A DNA stretch of 64,000 nt from a virus. Positions 9,518-19,253 of the stretch are shown here, piece after piece. The notes beneath the pieces were generated by a model. It saw only the letters and a program-made list of their open reading frames with translations. It had not been told where the DNA came from and made no database searches. The number at the start of each line of letters is the position of its first letter. The first letter of the stretch is position 1. Location: IMG/VR virus record IMGVR_UViG_3300003937_000247; one strand, written 5' to 3'. The translations under genes and the position numbers were made by a program.

Positions 9518-10377
9518 ATATAAACTCCTATTTTGTTCATACCTTTACTATATCCTAATTTGTCAAATATAAATTGTGCTATTTGTTCTTGCCCTTTTGC
9601 GTTTGGATGTAAATCTAATTTAGATATTCTTTCAACACCGATCCAATCATCTGATAAAGCAAAAGCATTTACTTCTAAATCTTTTTCTGTAGGCCAACCT
9701 AGGAAGTTACTATTAATTTTATTGTAATAAGGATTCTCTACCATTTGCTTTCTTAACTTTTTTGCGGATTCGTGTTTGTAAGCCATCTCTACTGTTGTTA
9801 GTTGATCGTTTGTATTTGGGATTCCCAAATCCCAACCAACGTGCTCTTGTTCTTTTTGCCAATTTTTGTGCTTAAAATGGTATTGTTTTTGATGGAGATG
9901 TCCTGCCCTTTCAATCGCTATCTGTTCCCATATATAACCTCTATATAAATTTAATATTTGGACTTGTCTATATGGCACTTTAAGATTTTCACAAACATTT
10001 TGAAAACTATAATAATATCTTATACTTCTATCTACCCAATATTCAATACAACCTTTAACATCTGTACTATCATTAGTCCAATATCTATTGTTAGTGATTC
10101 TGGTTGAGAGTTGGTAGTCACGTCTAGGTGCTGTTGTCCAAGCAGGAAGAACTAGCCCTATCCTATTTGTATTAAGTGTTTGTATTTTATCTATTAGTGA
10201 ACTGTAAATATATTCTTGTCCTGCACCAGACTTACATAGATTGATACATTCCATATTTACTTTTTCAGCCAATATTTCAGGCCACTTTGGCCAGTCACAA
10301 TCCATATCAGGATGTGAAGCAGACGTCCAATTAACATCACCCCAACTACAACCACTTACTAATAATATATCTTTCAT
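9514..10377 (-). CDS. SGNH/GDSL-like hydrolase or acyltransferase
   Basis: N-terminal VSGCSWG, INLCKSGAG, C-terminal DLHPNAKGQ. Confidence 0.65.
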   Translation of the reverse strand: MKDILLVSGCSWGDVNWTSASHPDMDCDWPKWPEILAEKVNMECINLCKSGAGQEYIYSSLIDKIQTLNTNRIGLVLPAWTTAPRRDYQLSTRITNNRYWTNDSTDVKGCIEYWVDRSIRYYYSFQNVCENLKVPYRQVQILNLYRGYIWEQIAIERAGHLHQKQYHFKHKNWQKEQEHVGWDLGIPNTNDQLTTVEMAYKHESAKKLRKQMVENPYYNKINSNFLGWPTEKDLEVNAFALSDDWIGVERISKLDLHPNAKGQEQIAQFIFDKLGYSKGMNKIGVYI

Positions 10378-10378
10378 A

Positions 10379-10738
10379 CTAAACTTCTTCCTTGATTATA
10401 GACTTACCTTCCTCATCAAAGTGATGGTTTATTTTTACTTTATCTTTGCCTCTATTTAAACAATGATACAAACAGTTATGAGGAATTTTTGAGTGGTCAC
10501 CCTTCTCACCTTCTCTCATTAGTTTTTCAAAACCTCTCCATTCATCTGACAATAATATTTCATCTATAGATTCAACTTCACTTACTTTACTAACTTTTAA
10601 CATCTTTTGAAATAAAGGTGTACTTAAAGTATATTCTTGGTCACAATAACAACAAGGTAATAAATGGCCTCTATTATTCATGGCCACTTGCATTTTACCA
10701 TTTAAACATTTTGCAACAAACTTACCTTTCTTTGTCAT
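10379..10738 (-). CDS. Stand-alone SPASM/twitch-like Fe-S domain protein
   Basis: C...GHLLPCCYCD...CLYHC, directly after a radical SAM core lacking its C-terminal domain. Confidence 0.7.
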   Translation of the reverse strand: MTKKGKFVAKCLNGKMQVAMNNRGHLLPCCYCDQEYTLSTPLFQKMLKVSKVSEVESIDEILLSDEWRGFEKLMREGEKGDHSKIPHNCLYHCLNRGKDKVKINHHFDEEGKSIIKEEV

Positions 10739-11405
10739 CTCTTACGTATCCTTGGTATGCTAAATTATATTCTTTCTTTGTAGGTCTCAATGGATCACTT
10801 TCATTCTTCCACCTTGATGAGTGTAACACTATAAACATTAGACCAAAATCTTTTGCCATCTGTTTAGCAATGTCTAAATGATTTTCATTATAACTAAACA
10901 CTATGTACTGCCACGATGGTGTTTTTTCTAAATGTTTTTTTGCCTCTAACATAACTCTAAAGAGTTTGTTACCATCTTGGTTTATTCTATACAAATTACT
11001 TTCTTCAGGTAGTCCATCAATTCCAAATATCCATTTTGCTTTAGGGTGTGCTTTAAATGCTTTTACGTACCACCTTTCAGGCTTTTGAGATGAGGCATTA
11101 TGTATTGCAACATCTATATTTTTTTTATAAAGATAGTCTAATATTTCTACAAATTTAGGATGGTGTACAGGATCAGATAATTGACCACAGAAATTAAATG
11201 AAGTAAAATGATCTGATAACTTTCTTATTTCGTCCATAGTAGCATCTCTTCCGTACACTTTTCTTCCTTTAAGTGTAAAGTTGGTTTGTCTTTGACATCT
11301 CATACATTGTAAAGGACATCTATTGCTTATATCAATATTTATTCCTCTAGTTGGACGCCTAAAAAACGAAATAGGACTTGTATCTGTTATAATTTCTCTA
11401 TCCAT
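10722..11405 (-). CDS. Radical SAM protein (core only)
   Basis: CPLQCMRC, FCGQLSDP, FGIDG, WQYIVFSYNE. Confidence 0.9.
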   Translation of the reverse strand: MDREIITDTSPISFFRRPTRGINIDISNRCPLQCMRCQRQTNFTLKGRKVYGRDATMDEIRKLSDHFTSFNFCGQLSDPVHHPKFVEILDYLYKKNIDVAIHNASSQKPERWYVKAFKAHPKAKWIFGIDGLPEESNLYRINQDGNKLFRVMLEAKKHLEKTPSWQYIVFSYNENHLDIAKQMAKDFGLMFIVLHSSRWKNESDPLRPTKKEYNLAYQGYVRDDKER

Positions 11406-12262
11406 GCTAATAAATTTTTTACTTTGTCTTTGTTACGATTATCTGTTAAGCACCACGCAGGTCTTTTCCAATAGATAGGACCACCATCTTTAAAGGATTT
11501 ATCTCTTAAATAAATGACTTCTTTTCCTAACCATTTGCATTCTTGTATAATTCTAGGTGCAGGATCAAAATTAGGTTTAGTATAAACATATGTATCAAAC
11601 AGACCTAATAAGTTTTTCACAGGAACAAAAACGTGATTACGTTTTTCATTTATATATTTGTCTTTGTATGCTAGAATACCGTGTGAAGGATAGTCTTTGA
11701 TATGTTTTTCAACCTCTCTATAATATGTTCTATTTGTTCCTAGAAATAGATATTTAAATTTTATATCATCTACTACAGGTTTGTATATACTAAAGTTAAT
11801 TATTTTTTCAAATTGTTCACCAACACCATTTACATATACTTCGTGGTCACATAAATTGACAACTTGCTTTGGTTTAAAATGTTCAAGTGCTAAAGGATAT
11901 TCCTTTGGATGATTTTCTGAATATACAGAAATAAGTTTACCACCAAACACCTGATGTAGTGTTAATTTTTGTTCTTCACTATAAGTATTATAATCCAAGT
12001 ATGCTAAAGTAATTTGACTTCTACCCATAATCAATGTTATGTCATTTGAGTGAGAAATAAAATTATTAAATATAACATTTTCGTACTTGGAATACGACTC
12101 ATAAATGGCGTCTATATAGTCCTGCTCTGTATGTTTTTTATTGGGTATGATTATAAGTTTTGCATTTATGCCTTGGTCGTTGAGATAACAACAATGTTCG
12201 TAACTATAATGAAACAGTCCGTCACCAGGCTTACTTGTACATACTAAATTAACATTTTTCAT
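11387..12262 (-). CDS. Hypothetical protein, possibly GT-B-like
   Basis: First gene of the minus operon; FDPAPRIIQEC resembles a GT-B donor-binding segment (weak). Confidence 0.5.
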   Translation of the reverse strand: MKNVNLVCTSKPGDGLFHYSYEHCCYLNDQGINAKLIIIPNKKHTEQDYIDAIYESYSKYENVIFNNFISHSNDITLIMGRSQITLAYLDYNTYSEEQKLTLHQVFGGKLISVYSENHPKEYPLALEHFKPKQVVNLCDHEVYVNGVGEQFEKIINFSIYKPVVDDIKFKYLFLGTNRTYYREVEKHIKDYPSHGILAYKDKYINEKRNHVFVPVKNLLGLFDTYVYTKPNFDPAPRIIQECKWLGKEVIYLRDKSFKDGGPIYWKRPAWCLTDNRNKDKVKNLLAWIEKL

Positions 12263-12276
12263 AACTCATTATAACA

Positions 12277-12292
12277 TATTTATGTATAAATA
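12277..12292. promoter_or_regulatory. Divergent late promoter pair
   Basis: TATTTATG (CATAAATA on minus) abutting TATAAATA (plus) between divergent operons. Confidence 0.65.
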
Positions 12293-12342
12293 TCAATAGA
12301 GCACTTATAAGTTATGCCAGATAATTTGACAAAGGAGTTGAA

Positions 12343-12687
12343 ATGAGTTGTTTAGAAATACTAGTAGCAATCACATTACATTTAGGCCTAGAAGGCGATT
12401 ATAATAACATCCATCCACACGGTAGATGTACGATAGATAATTGGATTTCTGGTGCATATTATAATAGTGAGGAAAATGTTAGTTTATATGTTGGTAAAAA
12501 AATACCTAATGTAGATTATAATTGGGATTTAGAAATAGGTTTAGTTACAGGTTATAGTGGTGCTAAAGTTGCACCAATGATACGATACATTAATGATGGA
12601 TGGTTTGTTGCACCTTCTTATGAAACGACACACGGTGGTAATATAGGAGTAACATTAGGTTATGAATTTAAGTTGGGTGGTCATTAA
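12343..12687 (+). CDS. Hypothetical exported / beta-barrel-like protein
   Basis: AAGGAG RBS; hydrophobic N-terminus, Gly/aromatic-rich strands YYNSEENVSLYVG, GLVTGY, LGYEF. Confidence 0.5.
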   Translation: MSCLEILVAITLHLGLEGDYNNIHPHGRCTIDNWISGAYYNSEENVSLYVGKKIPNVDYNWDLEIGLVTGYSGAKVAPMIRYINDGWFVAPSYETTHGGNIGVTLGYEFKLGGH

Positions 12688-12929
12688 TGAAAGTGAGAGA
12701 TGAGATATTAACAATATTAATGGAAGAGTGTGCTGAAACTAGTATTGAGTGTAGTAAGGTGATCCGTTTTAATATTGATAATACAGAAAGACTTGAAAAA
12801 GAATTAGGTGATGTGTTAATGATGGTAGAAATATTATCTGAAAATAAAATAGTATCAATGCAACGCATAAGAGAAGCATCCCAACAGAAAAGAGAAAAAC
12901 TTAAAACTTGGAGTAAGATACCTTTATGA
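12687..12929 (+). CDS. MazG-like nucleotide pyrophosphohydrolase domain protein
   Basis: LMEECAE...LEKELGDV acidic metal-binding pattern. Confidence 0.7.
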   Translation: MKVRDEILTILMEECAETSIECSKVIRFNIDNTERLEKELGDVLMMVEILSENKIVSMQRIREASQQKREKLKTWSKIPL

Positions 12930-13579
12930 GTACTGAAACAAGAAGTAACAAAGCACTTCAAAGACTTTCGTTTATGGGTGATTGGTTACAAATGAAACAA
13001 CGTATTGATACAAGACAAATAATGAAAGACCTTGAGCCTTATAAAGAGGATTGGAAACCTTACAATTTAAGAAACTCAAACAATAGGTGGGGATTAAGTA
13101 TTACTAGTTTAGATGGTGGTTTAAGTGGCGTACCTGATTTAGATAGTTTACTACAATATAATAAATTAAATAAAACTAATATTACAAATCATCATATAAA
13201 AAAATACACCGAAGTATATAAGAACTCGGAAGAACTACAGAAACTTATCGCACCTTGGAAAGATTGGTTAGGTAGATGTCATTTTCTAAAACTAAACACA
13301 GGTGGATATTTTCCTGAACATTATGATATAAACAAAATAGAATATGGTTTTGATGAAATAAGATTAATTGCTTTTATTAATAACTGTAATAAAAAAGATT
13401 TAAAATTTATCTATGAGGATACAGTTAGAGATGTAGAAGATGGCACGTTATATTATTTTAACGCAAATAAAAGACATTCAGTCTTTAGTACTTCAGACGA
13501 TATAATAATGGTAGTTTTTTGTATGAAGTTTGATGACACATTGTTTGAAAAATTAATAGAAGAATATAGGTTTGCATAA
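12926..13579 (+). CDS. Aspartyl/asparaginyl beta-hydroxylase-like Fe(II)/2OG oxygenase
   Basis: GGYFPEHYD (HxD) and distal YYFNANKRHSVF. Confidence 0.75.
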   Translation: MSTETRSNKALQRLSFMGDWLQMKQRIDTRQIMKDLEPYKEDWKPYNLRNSNNRWGLSITSLDGGLSGVPDLDSLLQYNKLNKTNITNHHIKKYTEVYKNSEELQKLIAPWKDWLGRCHFLKLNTGGYFPEHYDINKIEYGFDEIRLIAFINNCNKKDLKFIYEDTVRDVEDGTLYYFNANKRHSVFSTSDDIIMVVFCMKFDDTLFEKLIEEYRFA

Positions 13580-14109
13580 TGTGGTATCATAGAAAATTTA
13601 AATTACGATATGACGCTAACGTGTTCAATGATATAATTGAATATGCTAAAACAGCAGAATGGAAACAAGGTTACGATCAAAATGGTTTAATATGGAACAT
13701 TGAAGAACTGCCTTTAAAACCTGAACAGTTTCCTATACTAAATGAATTATACGAAGGTCTAAATGCAGAATTTAAAAGACCTTCTTTTTTCCTCAGCAAT
13801 GTAAAACCAGGTGGGTTAGTAAATCATATAGACCATAACAAATGGGGTAATCTTGGTATACCAATACTAGGAGATTTTAAAAATACACCTCAATATTTTT
13901 ACGACCAATTCAATCATCCTGTAGAGTCATTTATAAATGATAGTCCTGTTATATTCAACACACGTATGCTACACGCTGTGCCTAGAGAATTAGACGACAC
14001 AGGACCGAGATGGATTTTAATGATGGATTTATTTGATTGGGTTGATAAGTTATTTGCTAAAGTTGATAATAAAACAATATGGACAGACACAAAGAATTTT
14101 AATGCGTAA
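13579..14109 (+). CDS. Fe(II)/2OG oxygenase-like cupin
   Basis: PGGLVNHID, FNTRMLHAVP, RW. Confidence 0.7.
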   Translation: MWYHRKFKLRYDANVFNDIIEYAKTAEWKQGYDQNGLIWNIEELPLKPEQFPILNELYEGLNAEFKRPSFFLSNVKPGGLVNHIDHNKWGNLGIPILGDFKNTPQYFYDQFNHPVESFINDSPVIFNTRMLHAVPRELDDTGPRWILMMDLFDWVDKLFAKVDNKTIWTDTKNFNA

Positions 14110-15793
14110 CTTTTATTTTTTACAATTACCTTTGACAAGTGACGCTGCTTGTTTACCTCAAGCAATAGGTACTATATGGAGTTATTGTGAACAATTTAAA
14201 GAAGTAAATACAAAATATAGACTTTCAGGTGTATGGTGGATAGAAAAGATAGACATAATTGAGCCAGACGTTGTGGCTGCAAGTTGTTATATGTGGAACT
14301 GGAAAGAAACATATGAAGTATTAAAAGATGTAAGACGTAGGTATCCTAAATGTAAAATAATTGTAGGTGGTCCTGATCCACAATATACATCTGAATGGTG
14401 TAAAAAGCATCCTGAAATAGACGCTGTGATGGCATACTATGGTGAAGAAACTATGAGAAGATTTTTAGTTGAGGACAATTTAGATATACCTGGTATAGTT
14501 ACTAAAGATTTTAACAATGCAGCTCAGGCAGAATATGCTGATCCTAAAATGATTCCTAGTCCATATCTAAATGGATTCTTTGATAGGTTATTAAAAGGTG
14601 ATTGGAGTACTAAAAAATTCCGCTATAATAAGAAACCAATTAGAGTAATATTTGAAGGTAATAGAGGTTGTCCTTATACTTGTTCCTTCTGTGATATTGG
14701 TCACAAGAAATATACTAAAATACAAATGTTTGATACAGAAAAATGTTTACAAGAATTGCAATGGATGTGTGAAAAAAATGTAAGTTCCATAGATGTTGCT
14801 GATAGTAACTTTGGTATATTTCCTAGAGATGAAAAATTTGTAGATTATATAGTATCACAAAAAAAACTTGGTGTCTTTAATGGTAGATTTATGCCTACTT
14901 GGGCAAAAACACACGGTGACAAAATAATCAGATTAGCAAAAAAATTGCAAGACGGTGATGTAGATGAGATATTTGGATTTAGTTTACAAAGTACAAATCC
15001 TGAAACTTTAACTAAAATAAAAAGAAGAAATGCGTTTGATATAAAAGACTTTAGACCTATTATAAAAGATTTAAAAAAGGATGGTGTTTCATCATATACT
15101 GAATTAATATTCCCTTTACCAGGAGATACACTTGAAACATTTAAAAATGGTTTACACGAAATAGTTAATATGCCTGCACCGTTTGATATGATACAAATTA
15201 ATACATTAAGTAGATTAAGTAATACAGAATTTAATACTGGATTTCCTGAAATGAAATGGAAGAATATAAAAGGTACTGCAAAACCATATAACAATGATGT
15301 TATAGATGAGATTGCTGTTGCAACAGACACAATGACAGAAGAGGAAGTGTTTGAAGGATTTTTCTATAGTAGAAGTTTTATTATACCAATGTATTGGTAT
15401 GGTCTATCAAAATATTTAGCAGATTGTTATTATGATATTAATAACAATAGAAGTGAATTATATAAAAACATTTATAATAATTTATTTCAACAAAAGGTAT
15501 TTTCTGATCATAAGTTGGAAGTAAAAGAACATTACTTTAAAGCAATAAACGATTATAAAGATATTGGATATAAGATACTTATTGATGATATAAATTACTA
15601 TACAGATACAGCTTATTCTCATTTGTTTTATGTTGAGAATAATATATTTGGTACGCTAAAAGAAATGTATCCTGAATATGATGAAATTATTGACCAAAAT
15701 AGAAATGATTTCAGACCTATTTTTGATAAAAAGGAATGGCTACGGGATATTCACGTAAGAGGAAGATTTGGCGAATCTTGGAAAGATGTATAA
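14102..15793 (+). CDS. Cobalamin-binding (class B-like) radical SAM protein
   Basis: N-terminal B12-binding-like domain (SCYMWN, IIVGGP, YGEE), RGCPYTCSFC, DSNFG, LPGDT; start at ATG 14102. Confidence 0.9.
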   Translation: MRNFYFLQLPLTSDAACLPQAIGTIWSYCEQFKEVNTKYRLSGVWWIEKIDIIEPDVVAASCYMWNWKETYEVLKDVRRRYPKCKIIVGGPDPQYTSEWCKKHPEIDAVMAYYGEETMRRFLVEDNLDIPGIVTKDFNNAAQAEYADPKMIPSPYLNGFFDRLLKGDWSTKKFRYNKKPIRVIFEGNRGCPYTCSFCDIGHKKYTKIQMFDTEKCLQELQWMCEKNVSSIDVADSNFGIFPRDEKFVDYIVSQKKLGVFNGRFMPTWAKTHGDKIIRLAKKLQDGDVDEIFGFSLQSTNPETLTKIKRRNAFDIKDFRPIIKDLKKDGVSSYTELIFPLPGDTLETFKNGLHEIVNMPAPFDMIQINTLSRLSNTEFNTGFPEMKWKNIKGTAKPYNNDVIDEIAVATDTMTEEEVFEGFFYSRSFIIPMYWYGLSKYLADCYYDINNNRSELYKNIYNNLFQQKVFSDHKLEVKEHYFKAINDYKDIGYKILIDDINYYTDTAYSHLFYVENNIFGTLKEMYPEYDEIIDQNRNDFRPIFDKKEWLRDIHVRGRFGESWKDV

Positions 15794-16404
15794 TGTTAAT
15801 TGAACAAGGTAAATTTTATGTTAAATGTCATAACATATATTACAACCAACAATGGTTAGTTGATGTGTTAGATAGTTTATCTCCTAAAGATTGGGTAGAT
15901 GGTGTTAGCACAACAGGTGTGGCATGGACAGTTAGTGAATGTAGAACTATTCCATACGAAGGAATGTGGAAAGATATTGTAGAAAATATTAATTTAGATA
16001 CTGTAGGAAGCTCAGAAAGAGGACTAGAAGATAAAAAACCTTGGTGTTTCTTTTCTAAATTACCACCAGGTGGTATCAATCTTCATTATGACCATAGACG
16101 TTGGGGTGCTATACTATTTCCTGTAAGAGGTAAGTTTGAACTTACGCCTCAAATATTTGCAACTGAAAATTATACAGAAATAGAAAGATTTAATTTTGAG
16201 AAAAGTAAAATACATAACAATGGTACACCAGTATTTTTTGACAGCAGAGTTTTACACGCTGTACCTACACCTATAGATGATGAGGAAGAAAGAGTTGTAT
16301 TTTCTGTCAACATACACTCACACCCTACAGAAATGTATAAGAAGGCAATAGATGGAACTTGGTTAAATAAAAATACAGAAAATATAGGAGTATCAAATGA
16401 CTAA
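15793..16404 (+). CDS. Fe(II)/2OG oxygenase-like cupin
   Basis: PPGGINLHYD, FDSRVLHAVP, RVVFS; TAATG coupling. Confidence 0.7.
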   Translation: MLIEQGKFYVKCHNIYYNQQWLVDVLDSLSPKDWVDGVSTTGVAWTVSECRTIPYEGMWKDIVENINLDTVGSSERGLEDKKPWCFFSKLPPGGINLHYDHRRWGAILFPVRGKFELTPQIFATENYTEIERFNFEKSKIHNNGTPVFFDSRVLHAVPTPIDDEEERVVFSVNIHSHPTEMYKKAIDGTWLNKNTENIGVSND

Positions 16405-16999
16405 TTTCTATTCTATACAAGCAGATAAATTAAAGTTTGATAGAGATATGCTGGTTGACTTTTATAAAACTGTGGATCAAACTAAATGGATACATAGACA
16501 GGACAAGTTACCTCAATATTGGCCTATAGATGAAAATAATAGTTTTGATCGTAACCATGAATTTTATAAACTACTCGTAGAGAATATCAATGTTGATGTA
16601 GATGAAAATAGAATATATTTTAGTAGAGTACATCCTGGTGGTATACCAAATCATTGGGACTTTGAAAATTTTACTAAATTACAATTTCCAGTTATTTGTG
16701 ATGAGAAGAATGATGACTGGTCTAAAACACCAGTAATTTTTATAGACCAATTTGATCAAACTGTAGAGCGTGTAGAACATACAAATAATACACCTCTACT
16801 TTATAGTGCTAATTATATGCACGGTACAATTAAATCTTTAGATAACCATAATGATAGAATAACATTTGTTGTTGATTTAAAATTTTGGTTTGAAAGAGTT
16901 AGGATAAAGTATAACGAGGGTACTTTATTTACGAATAACAAAGCGTTTTCTTGGAGTGACACCACGTTTGTTATGGACGAGGACCCACTCGTTAATTAA
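16397..16999 (+). CDS. Fe(II)/2OG oxygenase-like cupin
   Basis: HPGGIPNHWD, YMHGT, DRITF. Confidence 0.7.
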   Translation: MTNFYSIQADKLKFDRDMLVDFYKTVDQTKWIHRQDKLPQYWPIDENNSFDRNHEFYKLLVENINVDVDENRIYFSRVHPGGIPNHWDFENFTKLQFPVICDEKNDDWSKTPVIFIDQFDQTVERVEHTNNTPLLYSANYMHGTIKSLDNHNDRITFVVDLKFWFERVRIKYNEGTLFTNNKAFSWSDTTFVMDEDPLVN

Positions 17000-17028
17000 G
17001 AGATAAGTATAATATAGAAAAGGAAACA

Positions 17029-17229
17029 ATGAAAAAAATAGTAATGATAATAGGAACACTTTTAATAACAGCTGCAATAGCAGGTTGTTCTATACCTAAA
17101 AATCCAAAACTAACTTTTGGTAAGAAGTGTGTAGATAAAGGTGAAAATATTGTATATTCATATGTATGGTTATATGATAAAGAAGGTGGCTTAGAAGCCA
17201 ACGAAGATACTTGTAAAAAGATTGACTAA
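17029..17229 (+). CDS. Small lipoprotein
   Basis: MKK + hydrophobic stretch + IAGC lipobox. Confidence 0.7.
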   Translation: MKKIVMIIGTLLITAAIAGCSIPKNPKLTFGKKCVDKGENIVYSYVWLYDKEGGLEANEDTCKKID

Positions 17230-17260
17230 ATAACAACACTAGTTTATTGTGAGGTATATT

Positions 17261-17767
17261 ATGATGAGATTGATTATGACATTTTTATGTATTTCAGGCG
17301 TTCTTGCCTTGGGAAGGATAATTCCACATCCCCCAAATTTCACACCAATATTAGCTACAGCAATCTATACTCCATATTTGATTAATGATAGATGGATTGC
17401 AATGGCTATTCCTTTGTTAGCAATGTTTATTGCTGATATAGTTATAGGTTTTCATCCATATATGTTATGGGTATATGGTGCGATAGGTTTATCAACTTTA
17501 ATTAGTGATTGGTCAATGCAGTTTAATAAAAAGTATATTCAATTAGGTGCAATGGCAATTGTATCTTCTGTATTATTTTTTATCATAACAAATTTTGCAG
17601 TATGGACTATGTGGGATTATTATCCAAAAACAATTGATGGTTTAATAATGTGCTATACAATGGCAATACCTTTTTTTAAAAATACATTATTAGGAACTAT
17701 AGTATATACATCACTTATAGTATTAACAGTTCAGAAAGGAATGAAATATGCGAAAAATTATATTTAA
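17261..17767 (+). CDS. DUF6580-family putative transport protein (ECF S-component-like)
   Basis: RIIPHPPNFTPI, FFIITNFAVW, CYTMAIPFFKNTLLG; multi-TM; GAGGT RBS before ATG 17261. Confidence 0.8.
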   Translation: MMRLIMTFLCISGVLALGRIIPHPPNFTPILATAIYTPYLINDRWIAMAIPLLAMFIADIVIGFHPYMLWVYGAIGLSTLISDWSMQFNKKYIQLGAMAIVSSVLFFIITNFAVWTMWDYYPKTIDGLIMCYTMAIPFFKNTLLGTIVYTSLIVLTVQKGMKYAKNYI

Positions 17768-17933
17768 AATAATTTTGTTAATGGGATTAGTAGGCTGTTC
17801 AAGTCATACATTCGCACCAGATACAACGACATTAAAATATGGTCAAACTGGCCAAGATGGTGATGGTGTTAATGGTGATTACGATTCAAATAATTTTGCC
17901 ATTACACAAACGTTTAAATGGTCAAAACAGTAA
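17748..17933 (+). CDS. Small lipoprotein
   Basis: MRK + hydrophobic stretch + LVGC lipobox. Confidence 0.65.
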   Translation: MRKIIFKIILLMGLVGCSSHTFAPDTTTLKYGQTGQDGDGVNGDYDSNNFAITQTFKWSKQ

Positions 17934-17947
17934 GGTAGTTTTTAATA

Positions 17948-19237
17948 ATGCCACCCGATCTTATACTTTGGGCAATAATTGGTACCTTTAGTGGTGTATT
18001 ATTTGGTCTTATACCTGGTGCAGGAGCTTTTATTGCAACAGCAATTTTATATCCTTGGTTAACTGATATATCTTCCATCAATGTTATGATGTATTATGTA
18101 ACAGTTTTGATAGCGACACAATATACAAATAGTGTTACAGCAATTCTATATGGTATACCTGGTGACGCAGCTGCTATGGTTACAGCCCGAAATGGACATA
18201 GACTATTCTTAAAAGGTTTTGGTCACTTAGCCGTGACTAGTAATGCAGTCAGCAGTACAGTTGGAGTTATATTTGCAACAACTGTTTTTATTTTAATATT
18301 ACCCACAGTTATAGAAGTGTTTAGATTTTATAATAGTGTACTACAAACTTTTATTATTGCAGCTGTAATATTAATGATTACTTTTTTAACTAAACAAAAC
18401 AAATTGATAACAATATCATTTTTTGCATTGGGAGGTATACTTGCAAAAATAGGTGTTGATGGTGTTACATTTGATAAATTTCTAGTGTTTAATAATTCAT
18501 ATTTGGCAATAGGTGTACCTTTTGCAAGTGTGATGATTGGGTTGTATATTGTACCTGAATTATTAAGATTGAAAAGTTTTAAAATTGAAACACCTAAACG
18601 TATAAATACTTTTACAGTTGGTAAAGATACAACTACGCCTACACTCATAGGATGCTTCGTAGGTTTTTGGTGTGGTCTTGTACCAGGTGTTACAAATATT
18701 CTTGGCAGTTATGCTAGTGCAAATATTGTTAAACGGTTTTTCAAAAAACCAGTACTAAAAAGCATAGCAGCCGCAGAGGCAGCAAATAATAGTGGCGCTC
18801 TAAGCTCACTCTTGCCTTTGCTTATACTAGCGATACCTATCACAGGTAGTGAAGTGTTGATATTTTATATTATGTTAGAAAATGGTTTTACTTTCAACGC
18901 TACAAATACAGTTAATAAATTAGGAGATATAATTTATATTATTCCTTTTGTTACTGTTTTTTGCCTTTGGTTAAGTTGGTATGGCTTCAATCTGTTAGGA
19001 AAGATTGCATATTACTATAAGAGATATAGAAATATTGCCAATCTCATTCTCCTCTCTACAATCGGTACAGTAAGTATTTTAATATTTCCAAAGCACGAAT
19101 GGATGTTAATTTGCATACTTACTCTTTCTGCTATCGGTTTTTTACTCAAACGCTGGGATACAAGTCCTGTTATATATGGATATTTCTTAAGCGATTTATT
19201 TTACGAAAATTTAATTAGAACACTAATTATCTTATAA
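17948..19237 (+). CDS. tctA: Tripartite tricarboxylate transporter large permease, TctA family
   Basis: GLIPGAG, AILYGIPGD, GLVPGVT, AAEAANNSG; polytopic membrane protein. Confidence 0.85.
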   Translation: MPPDLILWAIIGTFSGVLFGLIPGAGAFIATAILYPWLTDISSINVMMYYVTVLIATQYTNSVTAILYGIPGDAAAMVTARNGHRLFLKGFGHLAVTSNAVSSTVGVIFATTVFILILPTVIEVFRFYNSVLQTFIIAAVILMITFLTKQNKLITISFFALGGILAKIGVDGVTFDKFLVFNNSYLAIGVPFASVMIGLYIVPELLRLKSFKIETPKRINTFTVGKDTTTPTLIGCFVGFWCGLVPGVTNILGSYASANIVKRFFKKPVLKSIAAAEAANNSGALSSLLPLLILAIPITGSEVLIFYIMLENGFTFNATNTVNKLGDIIYIIPFVTVFCLWLSWYGFNLLGKIAYYYKRYRNIANLILLSTIGTVSILIFPKHEWMLICILTLSAIGFLLKRWDTSPVIYGYFLSDLFYENLIRTLIIL

Positions 19238-19253
19238 TAAAAAAGGAAAAAAA

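Noticed and set aside
16999-17261. Cobalamin riboswitch upstream of DUF6580
   Set aside because: Intergenic gaps are only about 30 nt and no B12-box is visible
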